Of a DNA stretch of 64,000 nt, positions 41,432 to 51,400 are shown in pieces. Where the stretch lies: the NCBI RefSeq assembly GCF_018977255.1, contig NW_024704743.1:62001-126000 (forward strand). The letters run 5' to 3'. The first letter of the stretch is position 1. Every line of letters starts with the position of its first letter. Source of the DNA: Callorhinchus milii. Taxonomy: Eukaryota. The translations under genes and the position numbers were made by a program. The notes below the pieces were generated by a model, which made no database searches, was not told the DNA's origin, and saw only the letters and a list, made by a program, of their open reading frames with translations.

Positions 41432-44400
41432 AGCAGATCAGTATAGAGAATTTTACACCCGGCAAGATTTAAACTGATAATAAACTTTTCGTTATTTTAA
41501 AGAAACCCGACTGCTCTTCCCCCCAACACTGTGCAGCTAAGGTCCTGATGGAGCGTTAACCTCAAGCCTCTCCCTATGGTCTGTCTCCACTTGCTGTGCG
41601 CTCTGGCTCACCCGTCTTGTCCTCTCTCTCTGTTGAGCCTACCTGCTCTGTGTTGAGGCTCTGCTTGTTGAGGGTCCGCTCTGTGTGCTCGCTGCGTGCT
41701 CTCGCTCTCTGTGCTAAGCTCTGCTCTCTGGCTCTCGCTGTGCTCCGGCTCCACTCGCTGTGTCCTGTCCCCGTGCTGCTCTCTGGCTCTCTCTGTGCTG
41801 AGGCTCTACACTCTCTGGGCTGAGCTCCGCTCTGTGACAGGAGTGAAGTTTGATGTGCATCAGAGCAGAGGAGGAAGTGGAGAATTCGGGACTCCTCCTC
41901 TCCCGTGTCGCTCCGAGGATGAATTCCTGGTCGCTGTAGCAACTGCTCCCTGCACCTTCCCACGGTCCCTGGGGCGGAGGGAGGAGAGAGAGAGAGAGAG
42001 GGAGAGGGAGAGAGAGACTGATCGGAATTAACCCTCTGTGCGGCAGGCAACTGACACATTGTGGAATACTGCAGCTCGCTAGTTAGAGCACTCGCCTCCT
42101 CGCAAACGAGAGCACCTGGGTTTGATTCCCAGGCAGAGCAAAACCTTACTTCACACACACGCCTCTGTTCAACTCGCAGTAAGTAGGGACCCAGTTGTTA
42201 GTCGATTGGTGGATCGCTTTTCTGGGGGTAATAAAAAAAATGATAATTTTGGTCACTCAATCCACAACTGTTTACGGGACACTGCCGTACGCAATTGTCG
42301 GCCGCGTTTCACCCACAAATTGTACGATCAATTCACTTTATATCCTGGGAAGTGCTTTGAGACGTCTCGAAGACGTGATAAGGCGCGATATCAAATGCGA
42401 GGATTATTACTATTATCGGGCAGATTAATAAGCTTCCCATTTGACACTGTGCCTTTATAATAAAATAATAATAAACCTTACATTTGATACAAAGCTTTCC
42501 ACGTTGGGGGAACGTCTCAAGGCGTTTAATAAGATGTAATGTAAAGTGTAGTGACTGTTTTGTAGGAGAAAGCGGCAGGCAACTGCGCACAGCTATGTCC
42601 CACAATCAGGTATCCTGGCCAACAGGAGAGAGAAACTTCCTTCTCTTTTTGAACAGCACTGCGGGATCTTTAACATCTACCTGACAGGCAGTTCCAAGTC
42701 CCGATCTGGAACTTAAACCCACATCCTTCTGACTCAGAGAGTGTTACCACCTGAGCCAGTCTTCAACAGCCGTGTCCCACAAACAGTTGTGGATCGAGTG
42801 ACCAAATTTTTTTTTGTTGAAGGGATTATTGCCCCTGGAAAAGCGATCCGCCAATCGACTAACAACCGGGTTCCTACTTACTGCTGTATGAATTAAGGAA
42901 ACTTGCCTAATGGAACCCGGGTCCTCTCGCTTGCGAGGCGAGTGCTCTAACCACTGAGCTACAGGACTCCATAAATCGATTAGTTTTGATGATTGCTAGG
43001 AAAAGAAAACAGGACAGAATGTATTACTGGTGTAAAAATGCCTCCTAGTGGCTGGTCGGACTCAGTGGCAAGTCTATGCTGGTATGGTGCTTCCCCCTAG
43101 CTGGGACTTTGAGGGCTGAGATAACTCCAAGGTGACGTGTTTGACCACAGGATGACAGGATCAAATCAACCCTCGGTGGTGATCTCCATAGTCTGGTTCC
43201 TCAGCCTGACAAGTGTGCAGTACTCCAGGACAATGCGCTCCCGGCTCATCGTCAGGACTCGGAGGGGCAGACCGTTAACTGGGGATAGGGATGCTTCCCA
43301 CTCAGCTCTTGTTAACCCTCCAAGTCAAAGCCCTGATCGGTCCCAGCAGTAGGAAACCAGACAGTGCTTTTCATAGAGAGGTATGCAGTGTTAGCTGGTT
43401 AGACTCCAGCAGTTATCCCAATGCACTCTCTGGAGTGACTCTTGCCAACCTGTACCTAATACTCTCTGGAATTGGGTAAGCAGGGAAACAGCGTATTGCA
43501 GACAAAATAACTTTTTCATTTAACACTGCAGGACTCCTGAATGCTTCAGTTGTGGGTCAGTGCACTGCAGAAAAAACACACGGGGGGAACGGGACATTGT
43601 GAATACTCTGTACAGTGCTCTGGTCAGCTCACACCTGGAGGACTGCATACAGTTCTGGGATCTGCGACATAAAGGGGCAGTGCAGACGAAAGCAATGAGT
43701 ATGATTCCCCCGTGTTAAAGGAAGGAGTTAATAATAACAATCCTTGCATTTGATATAGCGCCTTATCAAGTCTCCTCGACGTCTCAAAGCGCTTCACAGA
43801 ATATACTGTAAAGTGAATTGACTGTATATTTGTGAGCGAAACGCGGCAGCCAATTGCGCACAGCAGCGTCCCACAAACAGCCGTGGATTGAAGTGACCAA
43901 TTTATTGATTTTTCTTGAGGGATTATTATTAGGCTCTGTGTGGAGTAAGGAAACTTGCCCAAGGTTTCGCCCTCTGCCGGGAATCGAACCCAGGTCCTCT
44001 CGCTTGTGAGGCGGGTGCTCTAACCACTGAGCTACAGGACCCCACGTAACTTAAAGTAACGATTAGACAAGTTAGAGCTGTTCAGCTCAGAAGCTATATC
44101 AAATGCAAGGATCGTTATTATTATTACTATCTGTGAGTCGGAGGGACTAATAATAATCCTTGCATTTGATGCACAGCGCCTTATCAAATTGTTGAGACGT
44201 CTCAAATTGCTTCTCAGGATGTACTGTAAAGCAATCAGCCAATCGATTAACAACGGGGCTTCTAGTTACTTCTAAGTAAACAGAGGCGTGTGAAGTAAGG
44301 AAACTTGCCTGAGGTTTTCCCCTCGGCCAATATCTTACTCCACACGCCTTTGTTTGCCAAACAGCAAAGCAATTAGAAAGGAGGAGGGGAATGGCATCGT

Positions 44401-44508
44401 GCCCAATGAAAATTTGGGCAGAAGCAGTCTCTTGCGCTGTTTTACATCTACAAGTTTGGGCTTGTCTCTGATGACAACTTCCTTTTCTCGATTGATTCCT
44501 GAACGGCA

Positions 44509-44545
44509 GGAAATGAAAGCAAACCCGACTCAGGAGGCGGTGAGT
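44509..44545 (+). promoter_or_regulatory. Candidate IRF/ISRE-like site and the 3' end of a putative non-coding first exon of the kinase gene
   Basis: GGAAATGAAAGC at 44509-44520 fits the AANNGAAA IRF core. A strong donor GCG|GTGAGT follows at 44539/44540 in non-repeat sequence. Confidence 0.4.
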
Positions 44546-44735
44546 GTTTGTGAGTCTGTCAGATTTATACACCAGAAATATTCCAGATAATCTCTTAACT
44601 GTAACTTTCCTTGCAGTTTGTTGTTTGATTTCTGAGAATTAGAAAGAAATGCATCGCAGCACAAGAAGTGGTCAATGAGCCTACCGATCTTGTGCTGGTG
44701 CTCTCTGCTTCAACCCCATTCCCTGCTCTCTCGCT

Positions 44736-45380
44736 CCCCATCTTGTCTGCGCTGGGGCTCGCTCCCCCACTGGAGCTCTCTACATTAACCCCATTTCCTG
44801 TTCTCTCCCCATCGTGTCTGTGCTGGGGCTCGCTCCCCCACTGGAGCGCTCTACATTAACCCCATTTCCTGTTCTCTCCCCATCGTGTCTGTGCTGGGGC
44901 TCGCTCCCCCACTGGAGCTCTCTACTCTAATCCCATCCCCTGCTCCCTCTCTCTCTCTCCCCATCGTGTCTGTGCTGGGGCTCGCTCCCCCACTGGAGCG
45001 CTCTACATTAACCCCATTTCCTGTTCTCTCCCCATCGTGTCTGTGCTGGGGCTCGCTCCCCCACTGGAGCTCTCTACTCTAATCCCATCCCCTGCTCCCT
45101 CTCTCTCTCTCCCCATCGTGTCTGTGCTGGGGCTCGCTCCCCCACTGGAGCTCTCTACTCTAATCCCATCCCCTGCTCCCTCTCTCTCTCTCCCCATCGT
45201 GTCTGTGCTGGGGCTCGCTCCCCCACTGGAGCTCTCTACTCTAATCCCATCCCCTGCTCCCTCTCTCTCTCTCCCCATCGTGTCTGTGCTGGGGCTCGCT
45301 CCCCCACTGGAGCTCTCTACTCTAATCCCATTTCCTGCTCTCTCTCTCTCTCTCTCTCCCCATCATGTCTGTGCTCGTGC
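44736..45380. repeat. Minisatellite, about 9 copies of 71-bp and 81-bp unit variants
   Basis: Unit CCCCATCGTGTCTGTGCTGGGGCTCGCTCCCCCACTGGAGCTCTCTAC... starts near 44736, 44807, 44878, 44959, 45030, 45111, 45192, 45273 and 45357. Confidence 0.95.
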
Positions 45381-46399
45381 TCGGATTGACAACTGACTGG
45401 TTTTGGATCGGAAAGTCCTGTTTTAAGAAAATGTATTTGGCCGGAAGCACTGATCAGACACTAAAAGTCTGTGTAATAACATACAGTACCAATACAGTAC
45501 TGGTTTTGAGAAACTGGGAAGTTGCCATCTGGTGTGAGCTCACTCACTGGAGCTTCACCTGAGTTTAAAGGGTTAAATTATGAGGACAGGTTGTATAAAC
45601 TGGGTCTCTATTCCCTTGCGTTGAGGTTGAAGGTTGAGGGGTGATCTGACTGAGGTGTTTAAAGTGATAATTAGATTTGATAGGGTAACTAGAGAAACTT
45701 TTGTCTTTAAATTAAAGCCAGGCCATTTGGGAGTGAAATCAGGGGCAGTTTTTCACCCGAAGGGTAGTGGAAATCTGGAACTCTCTGCCCCAAAAGGCTG
45801 TGGATACTGGATTCCTCCTTCACATTGTCAAGACTGAGGTGGATAGATGTTTGTTAGGTCAGGATATCAAGGGATACGGGGCAAAGGACTCCTGTTCCTA
45901 TATTCCTATACAATCTCTACCCTAATCCCATTCCCCTGTTTCCCCACTGTGTTCGTGCTGGTGTTGGCTGACCCCCTGCAGCTCTCTACTCTCATGACTG
46001 TAACAACCACACGCTTGCATTTATACAGCACCTTTCACACTAATACACCTCTTCACCTCTTGGTCTCTGGTCTCAATATCCACAAACTGCAGCTCATTCA
46101 AAACCCACATCACCCACATCAAACGGCCATCACCATAGTCCTCCTCTGTCCCCACTGCCTCCTCTATTTTCCTACTCTCTTGCCAGCAGGTCGATTTCTA
46201 GATCCTCACCCTCACCTATAAACCGCTTCACGCATTAGCACCTCCCTAATATACTCCTACCTAAAGTAGAGTTCTGTAGCTCAGTGGTTAGAGCGCTCAC
46301 CAGCGAGAGGACCTGAATTTGATTCCCGGCAGGGTGAAATGCTGGGCAAGTTTCCTTACTCCACACGCCTCTGTTTACTTAGCAGGAATGGGGATGGGG

Positions 46400-48112
46400 C
46401 AGTCAGGGCGGCTGCTGTTGGACAGCCATCTCCGACCATTACTTCATCTCCCTTAACTCCTCAATCTCTCTCCCCACCGCCACCCAACCCACCTCCATCT
46501 CCTACCTCCCCGGGAAAAAACTCTCACCCCACTCCCTCTCCGCTGCCTTGGAGTATCTGAACTCCTCCCACTCAGGGCTTCCTCCCGCAATGACCTATCC
46601 TCCTCGGTCACTCTCCTCTACAACTCCCTCTGCACCACTCTCGATGTTCTTGCTTCCGTCACTTCCTGAACCGTTTCCTACTCACGGAAGTCACCCTGGT
46701 ACACCAGCCACTTCCGCTCCCTTAAGGCTCAGGTGAACGCACTAGTTGCTCCCCTCCTCACAGACATCATAAACCTCTCCCTGTCAACTGGCACATATGT
46801 GGGGTAGAAAGGAAAGTTGAGGGTCAAACAAGACGCCAAGGTTCCGGACTGGTTGGGCCCTGTTTCCACCCCTTTAAGGACGTCCATCATCACTCCTAAC
46901 CTTAAAAATCCTTCCCTGGACCGATCCCTGCTCTCAAGCTACTGCGCCATCTCCAAATTCCCTTTCCTGTCCAAATGCTGGAACGAGTTGTTACTTCCCA
47001 GCTTTGCTTCTTCCTCTCTCGCCACTCCCTTCACGAACTCCTCCAATTGTGCTTCTGTGCTGCCCACAGCGCAGAAATAGCTTTGGTCAAAGTCTGTCTA
47101 TCTGCGACCAGGGCTCCCACTGCCTCCTTGTCCTTCTTGACCTCTCTGCTACCTTCGATACCGTTGACCACTCTGTCCTCCTCCATTGCCTCTCCTCTCA
47201 CCTCAGGCTTCATGGTTCTGTCCTTGAAGGGTTCAGATCCTATTACTTCATCTCCACAAACAGTTTATCCTCTAGCCCCCGCCCCATCTCGTGTGGCGTT
47301 CCTCAGGGCTCTGTCCTTCGTCCCCTACTTTTCAATACCTATATGCTCCCTCTTGGTGACATCGTCCGCAGACATGGGGTCAATTTGCACAATTATGCGG
47401 ATGACACCCAACTCTATCTCTCTGCTTCCACCCTCGACTCCAGGACCCACTGCTGTCCTGATAGAATGTCTGTCGGATATCAAGTCCTGGATGAGAATTA
47501 ACTTTCTACAGTTGAACGCCAACAAGACTGAGACCCTCCCGATTGGCTCCCGTCAGTGCCTCCGCACCTCAGGCACTGATAGCATCACCATCCAAGGATG
47601 GACACTCCACCTTACTAAACCAGTCCGGAACCTGGGTATCTTGTTTGACTCACAACTATCCTTTCTACCCCACATCCGTGCCATAACGCGCTCTGCCTTC
47701 CCTCACCTCCGCAACATCGAGCGGCTCCGGCACTGTCTCACACGGCAGGGTGCTGAGACCCTCATACATGCATCCATAACATCCAAGCTTGACTACACAA
47801 ACTCCCTGCTTGTCGGCCTCCCCAACTCCTTCTTCCATAGGCTGCAGATCATCCAGAACTCTGCAGCCCGTGTCTTCTCCCGCACCAGGTTCCGCAATCC
47901 TATCACCCCCATCTTCGCCGACTCCACATGGCTTCCCATCACAGAGGATACAGTTCAAGATCTTGGTCCTAACTTTTGGCCTGAGTGGGAGGAGTTTAGA
48001 TACTCCAAGGCAGCGGAGAGGGAGTGGGGTGGTAGGAGACGCTAAATTCAGCGCTTTGGGATGTCCTCCCGACGTGAAAGGCGCTCTATAAATGTAATTT
48101 TGTTGTTGTTGT
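46400..48112 (+). mobile_element. L2-clade LINE, degenerate reverse transcriptase ORF2 plus 3' tail
   Basis: Frameshifted RT motifs LLDLSATFDTVDH, GVPQGSVLRPLLF, YADDTQLY, WMRINFLQLNANKTE, RNLGILFDSQL, SKLDYTNSLL. L2 tail GCGCTTTGGGATGTCCTCCCGACGTGAAAGGCGCTCTATAAATG(TTG)n. Confidence 0.92.
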
Positions 48113-48457
48113 AAAGTGAATTGACTGTATTTTGTGGGTGAAACATGTCAGCCAACCGTGCACAGCAGGGTCTCACAATCATGGATTGATCAAAAAAATT
48201 TTTTTTAAGGGATTATTACCCCCGCAAAGCGATCCGCCAATCTCCTAACAACCGGTTTCCTACTTACTGCTAGATAAACAGAGGCGTGTGGAGTAAGGAA
48301 ACTTGCCTAAGGTTTTGCCAGCAAACTCGCTAACCACTACACTACAGGACTCCTGAAAAGCTTTCTTGATCCGAACTTCTTGTATAACAACATATTTGTG
48401 TTGCTCAACAGGCCAAGAAAAGTCATCAAGTGGAGACCAAGATTGAAGAAAGAATCT

Positions 48458-51400
48458 ATGGATTCTGTGCAACAGTGAGTACACCATTGTCTTACTTTGC
48501 GCGTGTATATTATTACCTACATGGGCGAGCGATGGAAAGAATGCTTTTGGCATTTTATTTTTTAGTTTGACTATCCTTGGCCATGGAATGTCAGAGCTGA
48601 GTCAACCTCCGTGGTGATGTTTAGTCTCTTTCCTGAACCAGGTCTTCAGTCCAGTTCCAAGCAGCAGAGAGTAACTAAAACTGCACAGCTCACCATTCTA
48701 ATTGCTGCCATGCTTCCCATTACTTCTCCAGCTAGGACCACCCTACCCCATAGAATTACAAGAGAGGGAGTATCAAGAAAAACTTTGATCGGGGCAAAAC
48801 TAACCAATCAATGCACTTCTCAATGGTGTTGTACTTGTTGACTGTAACATGTTATTGTATCTTCTCATCTGATGCAGGGGTATCTCAAATGTCCCTGAAA
48901 GCAAAGGTGACCTGGAAGAGCTTGAGGGCATCTGCCCAAACAGTGTCGGTGGTGAAAGACTTGAGCAAGGTTGCGACATACCGGACTTACAGAGGCTAAA
49001 CATCGCTGACTCCCAGTGCCCGCGACTCCATGGCGAGGCCGGTGAAAGGGGAATGTTGAGTGTGTGCAGTATGGGGAGAGAGCCTTTCTCCCAATCGTCT
49101 TCCTCGGGAGATACCCAGAGTTCTGACAGCGTGGTCTTCGACTTGCAGGAGAAGAGCCCTGAGGACATGGACACCAGAGGCCTTTCTAGTCTCAGCGATT
49201 TCTGCAGCAGTACCGATCACATTGCGGCCTTCCAGGCAATGGTTAATTTGAAGAAGTTGGACCAGGATTCCAACTTTGACAGTTCTGGAATCAGCAGCTA
49301 CGAAAGCCATGCCAATAATTCAGGTCAATGTTTCACGTGGGAGGAAATGGGAAGTGAGGGCCGATTTGTTCCACCCACACCAAGTTCAGACAATTCAGAG
49401 ACTTGCAGTGGGTCCAAACGCTGCAAATTTCGAAGACGTTCATTGTAAGTTTTAATGTCTGAACATTTCCTTTTGTAATAATACTAACAACAATAATAAT
49501 CCTTTCATTTGATACGGCGCCTTATCATGTCGGCGAGACGTCTCAAAGTGCTTCAAAGGATATACTGTAAAGTGTAAAGTGTACTTCCTGATGCGAAAGT
49601 AATGTAAGCATTACTATATTAATAATATTATTATTACCCTCTATTGTGTTATGTGTCGAATTTTACATTCGCATCTGTTTACTTGACCCTAAACCCATGT
49701 TTGCAGTTACAAGAAATCTTTCCATGAGATATCATGCATTGGGGAAGGATCGTTCGCGCTGGTTTTTCACGTGAAGCACAAGCTGGATGACTGTGAATAC
49801 GCTATTAAATGTGTGGAACTTGCACAGTGAGTACGTTTAACAGAACTGGGGAACTAGCATTTTCACCTCTCTGCTCCTGTTAATCTGGAAGCCAAAGGCC
49901 TAATGGGAAGGGTAGTCCTAACTGGGCAGTCAGGGGGAAGCTGATGCTCGATGGGCTTTGTCTAACTCCTCCCTGTGCTTTGTTCTCAGTGATGTGAATG
50001 AAGAGATGGCTGTAAAAGAAGCCAAAACCCTTGCGAAGTTTCGGCACACAAACATCATCCGATACTACAGCTCTTGGATTGATGTATCGAATTCCACGTA
50101 AGTCACAAAGACAACAAATGCGATCAAATGGCTTCTGCCTGAGCCCGAATGGCCTCCTTCTGTGCTGTAAGATTCTATGATTCATGTTGGGAGGACGTCC
50201 CAAGGAGCTGGACAGTTAGGGATTGGGACCTGAGCTGGGGGTTGGGATCAGATGGGGTGCAGGGCAGTGAGGGTAGGGGTAGGAGTGTGACCGACACATG
50301 CACATGGATTGCCCGACTGAAAAAGCTGATGAAATCTGTAATAGCTTTTAAAAAGGATTTAGCCAAATATTAGAAAAGGAAAAATATAAAAGTTTGTGTG
50401 TCCAGGGGGGGGGATCTCTTTGCAAAACCTTTTCTTTCTGCCTCTGATTTCACTGTTCTCCTAACTTGGTGAAATCTGCAGGTTTAAGAACTTTGCATTG
50501 GATCTGCAAATCCAAATTATTAAATTAAATAATAATTATCCTTGCATTTGATATAGCACCTTATCACGTTTCGAGACATACCAAAGCGCTTTACAGAATA
50601 TACTCTAAAGTGTAGTAACTATATTTTGTGGGCAAAACATGGTGTCCCACAAACAGTCGTGGATTAGTGACCAAATTCTTATAATTTTTTTGGAGGGATT
50701 ATTATCCCCAGAAAGCGATCCGCCAATTGACTAACAACCAAATTCCTACTTACTGCTAGGTAAACAGAGGTGTGTGAAGTAAGGAAACCTGCCCAGTGTT
50801 TCGCCCTGCCCAGGAATCGAACCCGGGTGGGGTGGAAATCTGGGAACATCCAGCAAACCCAAATTAGCTGAGTAGAGGGGGTGGGCAGAGGAGTTGGGTA
50901 GGAGAAGTGTGGTATGTAAGTAAGGACCTAGAAACTGATGTGAGACTGAAACTGAGCAAGCAGTAAACTTGTGGAACAGCCTCCCTCGGGAGACAGACAG
51001 TGGAAACAGAAAGTGTTGATTCTTTCAATAACAAATTAGATAAATCTCTGTCAGGAAATAATATCTCGGATACAATATATAGTTTGGGACACGACATATC
51101 AAGCGACTGCCAGGATAGTGGAAGGCGAACTGGATGGACCTTAATTCAGCGAGCAAATTCTTATGTTCTCATCTGCAAGGAGGTAAGGATCAGGATGATA
51201 ATAATAATAATCCTTGCATTTGATATAGCGCTTTTCACATCTTTTCGACGTCTCAAAGCGCTTCACAGAATAGACTGTAAAGTGAATTGACCGTATATTT
51301 GTGGGCGAAGGAATTGACCGTATATTTGTGTGATAGGAGTGCAGAGTTGGTGAGGATGTGGGTTCCGTACGTCACAACCGACGCAGCTGAAACCCTCGTC

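Noticed and set aside
43151..43290. Candidate upstream coding exon for the kinase (acceptor at 43150)
   Set aside because: The sequence is homologous to the inverted repeat copy at 18620-18925, so it belongs to the dispersed repeat. It shows no dsRBM or Z-alpha similarity.
46975..48045. 356-aa ORF as a host gene or active retrotransposon
   Set aside because: It is a frameshifted L2 RT fragment whose motifs are split across frames.
51180..51182. Possible 3-nt microexon (AAG|GAG|GTAAGG) in the kinase-insert intron
   Set aside because: It sits at the junction of a CR1 tail and a SINE tail, has a weak acceptor, and would add only one residue.
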